Shown: one piece after another, positions 25,901 to 38,978 of the stretch
Layout of the letters: each line of letters opens with the position of its first letter
Numbering within the stretch: the stretch's first letter is position 1
Origin: Octopus bimaculoides
Lineage: Eukaryota
DNA length: 64,000 bases
Reading direction: 5' to 3'
Assembly (NCBI RefSeq): GCF_001194135.2
Contig: NC_069003.1
Coordinates: 32,165,770 to 32,229,769 of the forward strand
The notes under the pieces: model-generated
Told to the model about the DNA's origin: nothing
What the model saw: only the letters and a program-made list of their open reading frames with translations
Database searches by the model: none
Translations under genes and position numbers: made by a program

Positions 25901-27000
25901 TATTTTTATAGCATTTAAAGCTGGATGTTTCAGCTAACAGAATTTGTTGACTGGAGGAGGCATTGTTGAAGTTTTCTTTGTGTTTTGGAATAATGGTTCC
26001 GTAAATGTTATGCAGAAGAGTATTAATTTCATATTTTAATAATTAATACTAATAATTGTGCCCATTAATGCGTGAGCTGCATTAATAAATTTATTGATTA
26101 TTATTTTCTTTTTTTTAAAATTTTTATTTAGTTTGGAGTTGCAAGGTAGTAGTAACTTCCATAATTTTCATTATAAAAATTTAGAAAAATATCTTTAATA
26201 ATCTCGTTAATTTTAGTTATGATTCTGTATTTGTTGTTTTCATTGATTTCTTTTATTTTATTTTACTTTATTTTTTATCCTTGTGTCTATATTTACTGTT
26301 TCAATAAGGATATTTAGTCTGTTTCTTTCAATTCTGGTGGTAATAGTTCTTAGTGTTACATATATGTGTGTGGCGAATTGTCTCTTTGCAATGTCTGTTT
26401 TTCTCTCTTATGTAAATAATAGTTGAGATTTTCATTAAATTATTTGTTTCTAATGTTACTGGTGGGGTGGCGGTATCTTTTTTCCTTTTCTTAAGATTCA
26501 TGTCACAATTCTAATTGTCTCATTTAACACATTTCATTTGTTTTCTTTTTCTTTTTTTTCTTTCTTGAAATGAAATGTTAAGTTGCAACATCCATGCTGT
26601 GACATGATATTTGAGTTTATAAACCTCACCCTCCCAAAAAAGCACACCCACCTCCAACCTGATGTTGCTTAGTCCCGAAGTCAACTCTGATTGAACAGAC
26701 TAATGGATCATAGGCATTCCAGCAGTGCTTGTTTTTTTATTTTTTTTTTCACACATAGTATATCTAGGACTACATTATTGAATGTGTTCTCCCTTTTACT
26801 GCTGACTGAGTAGACTTATTGGTCAGGAATTCCAGCTGTGACCACCCTTTGTTATTTTCTATTCTAATTCAGTCTACTGTAATATTTATCATCATTGCAG
26901 ATTCTTCTACCGAGCCTTTTGGTAGATTCTGCATTAAAAGGCACTTATTGTACTTGAAAAGCATTTAATAGCTTCTTTCTCTCTCCATAAATACTTATAT

Positions 27001-27041
<41 letters not shown>

Positions 27042-30000
27042 CTGTATATATGTATTATCATCATGTTAACATCCACTTTTCCATGCTTGCATGAGTCAGA
27101 TATATTTCATTGAGGCAGATTTTCTAAAGCGCAAGGCTCTTCCTGTCACCAACCCTCCCCTGTTTCCGAGCAAAGCAATTCTCATAGCTAGACATTTTTC
27201 TCAGAAGATTGGAAATGGATGACACTTGTGTGACAGTTGCACTTGTTGACAACTATCGCTCGGTGACAAACACTCACACCTACACACTCACACTCCCATG
27301 ATGTGCGTGTTTTAGTGTCCACCTGTCAAATCTAATCAGAAGGTTTGCTTGGCCTGGTTTTATAGCAGAAGACACTTGCCTAAGGTACCACATAGCAGAA
27401 CTGAACCCCAAACTGTGTATCTGGGAAGTGAACTTCTTAACCACTCAGCTGTGCTTAAAATTTACTGGTACTATGGGGGCAAAAAAATGAAATATATGAG
27501 CCATTGTCTCTGACCTGTCTATGAGGGTTGTAACTCCAAATAAGAACTGACACAGACTGTGGTGATTTGGCCATTTCTGCGTGGAAAGCAGACAGCAAAA
27601 TGAAGAGGATGATTTATATGCACGCACATTTGTGCATGCACACACACACACACATACTCACAATCATAGATTTTAGTTTTTGTGTGTGTGTGTGTGTGTG
27701 TATACGTACACACCTTTTGTCGTTAATACATTGGTTGAAAGAGCAATTGTTAGGAAATATATCCAATTTTCCAGAATTGACAGAAACAGGAAATTTATTC
27801 AGGAAATAATAATGAAAAAAAATTACTGCCTCGGAAAAAAAAATCGAAGAAGTAAAAAAAAAAAAAAATGCAACAACCCTCCCTTCACGCCTTCCCTTCT
27901 AAAAAAAGTAACAGAAGAATTGTCTGCCAAGAAGAAAGAAACAGAAGAAATTTGCTAGTAGCAGACAATATTAGGAATTTACCGCAAATAAATGAAAAGA
28001 ATGAAATGAAGCAGTAGGGAACGAATGGTAACAACTGGTTGTGAAATTACATGGACGAAAATATATTGAAAAGAAGAAGGTAAATTGTAGGATTGCCAAA
28101 ATTTATGGTATAATACAATATCTGATGATTTAACCCTTTTTGATACCAACTTGCATGAAACTGCCCCTTGGTTTCAAGATAAAATACTTAACTGTGTTAG
28201 GATGTTTATATTAAATTGAAACTGTCTAGCAAGAAGAACTTTTTTTTGGAAGAACTATTTTAATAAATGTCATCAGTTTTAGGTCTGCTTATCTATGCTG
28301 GCATGGGTGGGATAGGACTTTTTTTCAGGTGGTGTTTTAGAAGTAAATGCTCTTCTTAATGTCAACCATTTTAGTTAACTTTTATTATGGTGTACATATT
28401 TTAAAAACTGATGTTTTATAGAGCTTTTACTAAATCATCATCATCCTCATTTAGCATCCGTTTTCCATGTTAGCACAGGTAAGATGCTTTGAGTGGAGTT
28501 GGAGAGCTGCACCAGGCTCCAGTTTCTACAGCTGGATGCGCTTCCTGGTGTCAACCACTCCACAAAGTGTACTGGGTGTCCTCTGTGTGTCACCAGCACA
28601 GATGCCTTTTATGTGTCACTGGCACAAGTGTCCTTTGCTTATCTATGCTGGCATGGATGAAAGATGAAATGGATAAAGATCCTTCCTGAGCCCTATAGAC
28701 TCATAGAGCCTATAGACTCATAGGGCCAGCTTCCCAGTTTCTGTGGTACATATATTTCCCCCTGGATAGAACACCAGTCCATTGTAGGATTACTCAAAGC
28801 CAAAGCAATGTAAGTTATAAAAATTTTAATGATATAAGATATCATCATCTTTTCTCCATAAGTTTTCTGAAGGAGGGGTCCTAATCCTGAAATATTGAAA
28901 TACCAGCTAATAGTATCAGTCATTGAGATGTATTAATTTTTCATAACTTGCATTGTTTTGCTTTAAAACAAATAATTAAGGCATATCCATCAGACAATGG
29001 TTCATGAAGTATGTGGAGTAATCATGTATCTCCTCTACTGCAAGACACCTGTTTCTGTCCCCCTGTCATGCTCTAAGCACAAAACTGCCTCTCCCAGTAT
29101 TACTTCCACACAAAAAGCATCCAACACACTGTAAAGGGGTTAGCAAACAGTAAAGCTTGGCACAGTCCTTTGGCTCACTAGCTCCTGTCAAACCATCCAA
29201 CCCATGGAGAACGGATGCATTAAGTGATAATGATAATGATGATATATATGCGTATGTATGTTAAACAGTGGTTTTAGTACAATAGTTTCATGTTGTTATG
29301 ATATCAAGCGAGCAGAAATTATCGATAAAGATGGCTAAGTTATGTTTTAATGCTTGTGAACAACATATGCAGAAATATGCATGTGATCTCCTGCCTGGTT
29401 ACCAAAATGTGAACAGACTCCATAATAAAATCATAATTTCAGCATCACAGCAAAAAAAAAGTGTATTCATAAATTTTCTATTTCCTATCATTCTTTTGAT
29501 GTATGCTAATAATAATGATAATAACAACAATAATAATAATTTCGAAGTTGAATTTCTACGCCTCTATAAAGTTCATAGCTATTGCACTAAAAATTGTTGC
29601 CCGTCTACAATAATTTCAGTCTCTTGACTCTGGCCATGCTGCATCACTATCATGAAGGTTCTAGTTGCTTTTGTCGATCCCTTGTACTTATTTTATCAAA
29701 ATGTGTTGTTGCAGTTGCCTTCTCCCTATTGAACCTTGAAGTCTTCCAATCTTCACATGCTTTGGTAGGCAAGCTCTAATATCTAATTAACCTATAGCTG
29801 GGATCCTGATAGGTGCTATTACTCTGAGTCAGAATAGACCTAGGAAACAATAGTGGCTAAGAGGTGGTTCAGCATTCATCAAAATCCTAGGACTTGCGAA
29901 CCAGGGCTCCACTCCTGGAATCACTCTAAACTCATATAGTGAGCCAATGATTAGTCAGTTGGATATTTATTGCCAATTGCATGATAAATTAAAAGAATTG

Positions 30001-30089
30001 AATACACTAGGCATTTTGCTGACATTTTTACTAATCCTACCAACCAATCCACCATCTTGTGAATGCCATGTAGTAATAACATCTAAAAT

Positions 30090-30252
30090 AATTCTTTATA
30101 CAGTTGTTAAGATATTGATTCTCAGCCACATGTTTCTCAGTTCAATTCCACTGCATAGCACCTTGGGCAAGTATCTTCTACTATAGCCCTAGGCTAACCA
30201 AAGATTTGTGAATGGATTTGGTAGATGGAAACTGAAAGAAGCCTATCCTGTA

Positions 30253-30299
<47 letters not shown>

Positions 30300-30517
30300 T
30301 TCAATAATAATAAAAGGGTAAAATTAATTAATTAATTAATCAATTAATTAACAATTAATAATTTTACCAAGTAGTTTGGTATGTTAAAATAACCTTTTTA
30401 GGTAAAATTATACAAATATTCTATAATTATAAACATAATTATAATCAGGGTCAGCTAAATTCAGTGCCTGGCGAAGCAGTTAACTGATTCCTGATTATAA
30501 TTATGTTCATAATTATA

Positions 30518-30551
<34 letters not shown>

Positions 30552-30790
30552 CTGTATGTGTATGTCTGTGTGTTTGTCCATCACCATCACCTAACAACTT
30601 GTGTAGATCTGTTAACATCCTTGTAACTTAGCAGCTCAGTGAAAAGAGACTGATAGAGTAAGTACCAAACTTTAAAAAATGAAAAAAATTAAGTATTGGG
30701 ATTGATTTGTATGACTACACCCTTCAAAGTGGTGTCCTAGCATGGCTGCAATCCAATGACTGAAATGAAGTAAAAGATAAGATTCTTGTT
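30090..30790 (+). mobile_element. Composite SINE interrupted by a foldback insertion
   Basis: Head at 30090-30250 and tail at 30560-30790; unrelated sequence at 30298-30523 sits in the (TG)(TA) linker. Confidence 0.7.
30416..30523. repeat. Inverted repeat, about 43-bp arms
   Basis: attctataattataaacataattataatcagg.. / ..cctgattataattatgttcataattatagaat, with a spacer of about 21 nt. Confidence 0.85.
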
Positions 30791-32192
30791 AAGCAATAAA
30801 TACATATAATGGAATATGTAAATAGTTGATTCTGTCATCTTGTTACCGAAATAGAACTTGTCATGCATTCTTCAGAAATATGTCTATTTCTCATGTAATT
30901 TATTTTCCAGTACTCAACGTCGAATAATTTTGGATATAAATTTTAATAGACTTTGATTTTAACATGTAAAATTTGCAGTGATTATACCATTTATGAAAGA
31001 CTTAAATTGTTAATTAGCTGTGCTGAGAAAAATGTTAGCGAGACAATAAGATTCAAGTTCATGATGCGTTTAAAAAAAAAAAGAAATACAAAAGTTGTCT
31101 CTAATTACTTGAAGTGTAAAACATTCACTATTCAATATGAAGCTAATTTAATTTAATTAAAGACCATTACGATATTAATATGGACATTCTTAATTGTTTT
31201 TCTCCTCATGGCCTACCGTTTATCATATGATTCTTTCTTTTGGTTGCAATAATCAGTAGATTTTTTTTTGTCTTGTAATTCAGCAACTAATTTTGATGAG
31301 GGAAACATATGCAGTCACTCTAGTGGCTAGAAATAGCAGTCAAATCTCTCTCAGATCATGCCTACCATCTTTAAGAAAAAGAAGGTCACCTTGATTCATG
31401 TAGTCTTAGGTATTCTTAAAAAAACAGGATGGTCACAGTATATATATATATATATATATATATACTGGGGTCAATTTGTTTCTTTATGCCCTTCAAGGTG
31501 ATGCCCCAACATGGCTACAGTCCATATTGACTGAAAGTAGTAACAAATAAAAGATAAGATGCCATTTCACAATATGCAGTAGTATTTTTAACCAGTGGAG
31601 GTTCTTTTATCTGACGAATTTTTCTCCAGCAACGAAACTTTCTCATTATGATTCTGAAATACAGAATTATGCAAGAATTCCTAGTCTTGTAGTTTCTCAG
31701 ATATCAAGGATGATTACAGTTGAACTTTATGATTATGGATTCTGAGTGGGATTTCTAATCTCATCTTTTTTTTTAATTCCTAATTTGAGATAATTTTGCT
31801 TTAATTAGTAGTGAGATCAAATTTCAAAAACAAAAATCCTTTTTTTCCAAGAAAAATGAAACGTTCAGATTTGTTAAATCTGCTTGTCATATCAGATATC
31901 TCCATAAACATGTTTCACAAAATGAAAATTTTCAGCGCATGCAAGTATTATCTAGTGTTGGTGAATCCTTTGGTGTAAGCATGTCAGTTAGTTATAAAGT
32001 TCACTTTGTAACCACATGATTTTGAGTTCAATCTCTGCTACAATGCCCTCAGGTTGACCAATGTCTCATGAATGAAAATTGGACAGAAACTATGTGGAAG
32101 CCTACAATATATAAAAAGTATGTGCGTATTTGTTTAGGCCTGTCTTTGTATTGACACTACTTGGGCATCAGTAACATTTATGTGCTGCTTAA

Positions 32193-32402
32193 CCCTTTAG
32201 CATTTAAACTGGCCATATTCAGCCCAAATATTCTACCAGTTTTATGTTCAAGCTGTCAAAATCTGACTTCTTACATCTACTCTGTAATATAATGTCATTC
32301 TAAAAATATGCAGTCATATCATTGAAATCTCAAAGTTACAAGATAATGCATGATTAGTCCAAAACAATGTGAATTTTGACAAGTAATCTGAATGGTAAAG
32401 GG
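32193..32402. mobile_element. piggyBac-like MITE
   Basis: TTAA-CCCTTTAGCATT..AATGGTAAAGGG-TTAA, 210 bp. Confidence 0.85.
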
Positions 32403-33584
32403 TTAAATCAGAACTCTTGCAGCTATGTAGCTCAATGTCCAAAGACTTGGATAAAGTATCTTACTCGTAAACAAGAAAGGTTGGCCTCGGGAAGAGCATC
32501 TGACCATAGAATACTGCCTAAAGAAATCTCATCCACCTCGTGCCATTGTGGCTAAGTGGACATGAAGATGGGTTGACCTATGAACAAAGCCATTCCAGTC
32601 AGGACCACTCTGTCTTTTTAGAGGTATGTGGGGTTACTTTTCCTATGATAGAGTTGTAATTTGAGGGAGATTTGGCTGCCGTTTTTTAGCAATTTGAGTA
32701 ACCATGTAAGAGGTTTGTGTGAACATCTTACATTTTGTGAAGAATTTACAAACTTCAAAGGAAATATGGAGCTATATTCAGTAATAAAACATGTTAGTGT
32801 TTTATAGCTTAGATTTTAAAGATTTTATAAAGATTTGAAAAGAAAAAAAAAAAGAGAAAAGAATTTTAAATTCATAAAAACTAGTAACAATGTTGTGCTA
32901 TAATATAATTTTATAAATAAGTGTAAGCATTTATTATTATGTTTAGAAAACTCTTTAAAGAAAAAAAATCTGGTGTAACTATAATGGGCCTATTTGTTTT
33001 TCTTTCAAATTGATGGTTGTAAAGTCTAACATCATTTTACATTGAAAAATCTTAACAGTTAAGTCATTCATAACTTGCTAAGTAAACTATAAAATACAAA
33101 CAGAAATGCTTTTGGATATTCACAACTAAAATATGAATGTTTTATGATAATTGAGATCGTTGCATTAGAAGAACACTTCTCAATAAGATTTTAAACTATT
33201 TTTCAGTATCTTCTCTATCAATTATGTCAGAACATAGCATTTCTATATTATTACTATTATTTGTGGAATTTATTAGATGGCTTCTACATTTTAGTGGATG
33301 AAGCAATTTTAATGTTTGTTCCAATTCAAAAATGAGATTATGCTTTGTTTCTGGGCTCTCAAAATTTCAGGGTTGTTTCGTTTTTTTAACGACACCTGTT
33401 GTTGATGCTTATTAGCCCCAGGTCAATCTTACCCGAGCAAATTTATGATCAAAAGCATTCCGACCAGGTGCATCCATCTTATTTTCACACATATATATAT
33501 ATATATATAAATATATAGATCTATGTGTTTCAAATTTTATATTACTTTTGATTGCATTGTCACTCCTTTCCCATTTCTAACAAA

Positions 33585-33624
33585 ACTGTCTGATGAACGG
33601 GAACATGAAGCTCCGAATAACAGT
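33585..33624 (+). ncRNA. Degenerate minimal hammerhead motif lacking stem III
   Basis: actgt-CTGATGA-acgggaac(atgaa)gctcc-GAA-TA-acagt. Stem I is a perfect 5 bp, stem II is imperfect, and one A of GAAA is missing. Lies in a (TA)n-flanked insertion. Confidence 0.45.
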
Positions 33625-35116
33625 CTTTTTTTATATTTCTGTTGCTTTTAAATAAGGCATATTACTCTACCTCTGGTATTTGAGTACTCTTTNNNNNNNN
33701 NNNNNNNNNNNNNNNNNNNNNNNNNNNNNNNNNNNNNNNNNNNNNNNNNNNNNNNNNNNNNNNNNNNNNNNNNNNNNNNNNNNNNNNNNNNNATATATAT
33801 ATACAGGACTGCATGCATTTTCTAAGGTATTCTTCCTTTTTTTAAGATTTCGAGGAAAATTTGGTTGATACTTCTAGTTGGTTGGATGACTCCCAGGAAG
33901 CTCCTGTGTTGGCTTATGGAGAACTGGTTGTTGTTCAGCCCTTGATCAAGTAGCCCTACGATAAAAAATATCACAGCTTTAACCATCCTGTCTTTTTAGG
34001 GATATCATGGATTATATAAGCAAAATACCTTCATTTAGGCAGTGAGGTATAATTTGGTGAGGGATTTTTTTATGCTTTTTCTAGCAAATTGTGTGATCAT
34101 GTAGAGGTTCCTTCGTTGTCTGTTACAGCATGTTGAACAAAACTGAGCAATTATTTTCTTTAAAAGAAAAAAAAATGTGTTTTCTTTAAAACGACTTTGC
34201 TGATAATTAAAGCAATATTATTTTAAATTAAAAATTAACTAGACAAGGCTGGAAGTGCCTTCAGAACACCCTTCATAATCCCAAAGCTATAATTATAAGC
34301 CATGACTGTTGCCATTCTTGATATTTGGGAAAATTATGAAACCGTCAAATCTCTCACAATTCTGTGATTTGGGAATATAATGAGAAGTTGTCAGTATGAT
34401 AGAAAACTTGTTAGTTTTAAGAAGTAAAAAAAAAAAAAACTACGAGGAACTCAACAAGAAATAGAAAAACAAAACAAAAATGGGTACTCACCATCATCAT
34501 CATCATTATCATCAGTGCTCCAGAATGACTGTAGCTATAACAAATAAAAGAAATAATCACATTTTATGTCTACTTTTCCATGCTGGTATGGGTTAGACGG
34601 GGCCCTTTTGAGTCAGCATTTTTTTTGGGTGGCTCCCCTTCCTGTTGTCAATACTTTTAGTTACCTCTTATGACATGCCATGCACAGCATTCCTATTCTA
34701 AAACTGGGATACATATAAACTATATTGTTACTAATTTTATGTTGTCAGGAAGAGATAATATTGATCTACGGTTTGGACAGTACTCTATTGACAGGAGAAA
34801 ACTGGCATTCTGTTGGTTATGACCAAGCGTGTTCCAGTTGATCCAATAAATGGAACAGCCTACTCATAATTGTGAAATGTTATACCATGAGTATGTTATA
34901 TCTAGGATATATCTATATATATATGTTCCAATTATCTTATGTCATTGGTTGTAAAATTACCTGAATTTTATACAAAAATGTGTTTATAAACCCCTGTTCA
35001 ATGTCATTTTCTCTCCCACCAGTGCCTCATTTAGTTCTCAAGCAATAAAAGAACTAGTAATAAGAGAATCTCTGATGTCACTCTTAAACTTTGGATCAAT
35101 TTTTGTTACTTTTTAA

Positions 35117-35333
35117 CCCTTTAGCATTCAGATTACTCTGTCAGATGTAATGCTTATTTATTCTTGTTCTTTGAATCAATTATGTATTATCATGTAGCTG
35201 AGATTTTCATGATGTGATTGCTTATTTTTAGAATGACATTGTAGGATAGGTGTGAGAGGTCAGATCTGGCCAGTTTGAACTTAAAACAAATAGAATATTA
35301 GGACCTGATATGACCAGTTTCAATGCCGAAGGG
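35117..35333. mobile_element. piggyBac-like MITE
   Basis: TTAA-CCCTTTAGCATT..AATGCCGAAGGG-TTAG, 217 bp, in opposite orientation to 32193. Confidence 0.8.
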
Positions 35334-36832
35334 TTAGAATGAAGTGCTTTACAAAAGACAATGTCCCATTTACTCAAGTAACTGAGCCCTGCAACCTTAC
35401 AAAATTATGAGCCCAACTCCCTAACCTCTATACTATGTGCCTTTCACTGACCTATGTCAGTAGACCTGTACTCAAAGGTATTCTGGCCTGACCATGACTA
35501 TACAATCTTTTAGTTAATATAGTGAGGAGTGGTATGAAAGAGATGTCATTGCTATTTTTAGCAGAATGAGCGACTGCATAAAAGCTATATCGTTCACTTG
35601 GAATGAATAATGGAAGAAGAATCCAATAACTGAAAGTTGGTGGTTTCCTTGGTTTACCCTTTACCCTACAATGTCATTCTGAAAATAAGCAATCACATCA
35701 TTGAAATCTTGAAGCTATGAGATAATGCATGATTGATTCAAAATAATGTGAATAGATAAGCATTACATTTGACATGTTGCTCTAGACCACTCAACTGAAA
35801 ATAGGTAGCAGCTACAGCTAGGGTTTGTTAACCTTATGATGGACCGATTCTCTTTCTGTCACTACCTTGGTAATCTGGTTAAGCTACAACCTAATGAGCC
35901 TGTAAGCCCATGACAAAGTTTAACTTGTTTTTAACTACTTGATCGAGCTTGATCTGAGTTTAAGCAACTAACCAATCAACCAACCAACTGTACATTTTCA
36001 TCATACCATTTAAAAATAATTCTTCATTCAAATAAGAGCTGACACTTCCCTGTATCTTAGTTGATTAAGTGTTAAATCTGATGAAAAAGGTTCAATTAAT
36101 GAGCTGTCATCACTTCATTTTGCTTTAGGATAACTAATTATGTGGGCATATGCATCTAAAAACAGGAATTAAAAACTAGCTTAACAGTCTTCATGTTTTC
36201 AACTCATGTACTACATCCGAAGGGTTTATACTATAATGCAAAATGAGAAATATAACAGTAATTTTCTTGTTTATTTGATAATCTGTTTTTATAAATTTCA
36301 ATTTATTGAATCAGTAAATTTGTTACTCTTGATACACACATAACTTCAATGTAATAAAATAGTCTTTCAACAATTTGTGTATGTGTTTGTGTGTGTGTGT
36401 TCTCACAACCTACTCTTTGGAATTCTTATATAAGAATGACAATTAGTTATTTCTTCAGACCAAAGACATAGATGAATGTGTGTGTGTATAAATTCCATAT
36501 GCACACGTAATTCGATTTAAACTGGCTGGAAGCATGTTGAATAAATAAATATTGAAAATGTGACTTTCGGATGTATAGTGTTTTAAGTTGCAATTTATAT
36601 TCAATTCAAGACTGAATTGCATTACCGTATTTTTTTCATTTGTTCTCAATCATTAATGCCTGACTTCACAATATCTATTAACTGTTTTCTGTTGTCACTT
36701 CGTATATTACAATGGGAAATTAGTACACACACACTTCAACACACATATACATATATAAACATGCGCATGTGCATATGTGTGCACATGCACTTAAGTATGT
36801 ATATATATATATATATAATCTGTGTCTGCCTG

Positions 36833-36885
<53 letters not shown>

Positions 36886-36952
36886 CATAATACAAATGCA
36901 TACATGTGTGATATGCATGAATATTTATCTGGCTGCCTGTTTGTCTCCCATG

Positions 36953-36988
<36 letters not shown>

Positions 36989-37629
36989 CTGTTTGTCCAT
37001 CTGTCTTATATACACAAACAAGCACACATATATATACACCTATATATGAATGCAGTGTTTCTGTAATTTTCTAAGTTTGAATAAACATGTCCCTTATATC
37101 CATTAATTGTTATTCAGATTACTACAATGAACTGTGTTTGATGCTCAATTGAATTTGATCCTTGCCACAGTTAGTCCAACAACTGCCTGATTCTGGTTTG
37201 ACATTAATTTTCGTTGTGACTATCTGACTATCTTCTAAGCAATTAAACGAGGGTATTTCAGAAAATCTATACCGTAATTAGGATTTTTCGTTATTTGGTA
37301 CGTATCGGTCAGTTTTTGTCTTGTCATTATGAGTTTTCTAGTTTTGCGTTGCTTACTCGACTGGAAAAATGGACAAGAGATGTTAGAATCACGGAGATGC
37401 AAGTAATTACTTGCTCTCATATAGCATGCTTGGGATTTCTGAATGTTAAATAATGTCAAATAATGCCCCCTGCTTCGATGTTTGCTGACAAACGCAATGT
37501 TCTGTAGTAGAGAAAGCTCATTGTTATTTGGGGATTAGAACAATGAATTCTAATCAGTATTCATTGTTATTGGAAAAGTTCATGAAAATATCAATATATT
37601 AAGGAACACACAGAAGAATTGAAATGCTA

Positions 37630-37680
37630 ATAATGCACCAATATGTATGTGCACCAATATGTATGTGCACCAATATGTGT
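37630..37680. repeat. 16-bp tandem repeat x3 (gtgcaccaatatgtat)
   Basis: Read directly. Confidence 0.85.
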
Positions 37681-38379
37681 GTGCGTGTGTGTGTATTCTT
37701 ACAAGTTCTAGTAATTTGACTGTGGCCATGCTGGGGCACTAACTTCCAACTTGATATGTTTAAGTTGAGTATAACGACTTCAGTGCATATTTCAGCCTGG
37801 TACTTATTTTATTAATGTTTAGTTGTTGAACTACTAAGACACGAGACAGAAGGCAGCACGAACATGAAGAACACCAGTGTTTAGATAGTTAACATGAACA
37901 TACTCACATGCACACACATATATGAACACATATACACACAAACACACTCACAATGGACTTCTGAGCAGTTTTTGTCTACCAAATTCTACTACAGTCTATA
38001 GCTGAAAACACCTGCCCAAAGTACTGTGCAGTGAGGTGAATCTACAATGTACATGATTGCAAAATGAATTTCTTAACCATGTCTATGTATATTATATATA
38101 TATATATGCATATATATATTATTATTTATATATAGATATGTAAGTGTGTGTGTGTGTGTGTGTGTGTAATAAAACAGGTGAATGAGTAATCTGGTACTGC
38201 TTCAGTTCCTTTATCAAGAGTCTTTATTATATAAACATGGTGTAGGCAGATATGTAGTATACACTACATCCATAAGATTATGTAACACATTATGTAACTG
38301 ATGTTGCTCAACTCATCAGACTTATGGAATAGACAAAGGAGCAGTGATATGCTAATTGATCAACAGATCATCAAGTGAA

Positions 38380-38429
38380 ATTGTGATCCCACCCCATTTA
38401 CTTAAAAGTAAATGGGGTGGGATTACAAT
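38380..38429. repeat. 23-bp hairpin with 4-nt loop
   Basis: attgtgatcccaccccatttact-taaa-agtaaatggggtgggattacaat, fully paired on the plus strand with one G-T wobble. Confidence 0.9.
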
Positions 38430-38799
38430 CTGTTAATCGCAAGGGTGGATAGCAAAATGTGATTCTAAGTTATAGAATTGTTAAAAGGCATGTCTATTCT
38501 AAAGATGTCATTGAACTTAGCGACCTCACTCATAAAAATGTGTACTGGCTAAACAGGCTTATATACCATCAGATAGCAAGTGCCAAGCATAATATTTGAC
38601 CCTATCGGTCTTAGCTATATATTATTACTAATGGTTGGGTTGGCTTATAGAATTATTGTTTGTTGGACTGTTGTGAACTGTTAATGGGGGCAAACTTAGC
38701 CAGAGATGAAAACACTGAGTTTAAATTCAAAATAATAATAATAATAATAATAATGATAATAATTGTTTTTAATTTTTGACACAAGGCTTGAAATTTTGT

Positions 38800-38978
38800 T
38801 GGGAGGGGCTAGTCAATCACATTGACAACCCCGGTACTCAACTGGTACTTATTTTATTGACCCTCAAAAGATGAAAGTCAAAGTTGGCCTCAGTGGCATT
38901 TGAACTCAGAACATAGAGCCAGAAGAAATGTCACTAAGCCATTGTCTCTGACATGCTAACGACTTTGTGAGCTCACCA
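38800..38978 (-). mobile_element. tRNA-headed SINE of the 62463-62696 family, diverged
   Basis: agtaccagttgag, tttcatcttttgagggtcaataaaataagtacc and ttctgagttcaaatgcc motifs on the minus strand. Confidence 0.75.

Noticed and set aside
31852-31974. Plus-strand exon ending ..VGESFG, like a cyclic-nucleotide-binding motif
   Set aside because: The apparent donor GTAAGC coincides with the 5' end of a SINE head, and no compatible neighbouring exons were found.
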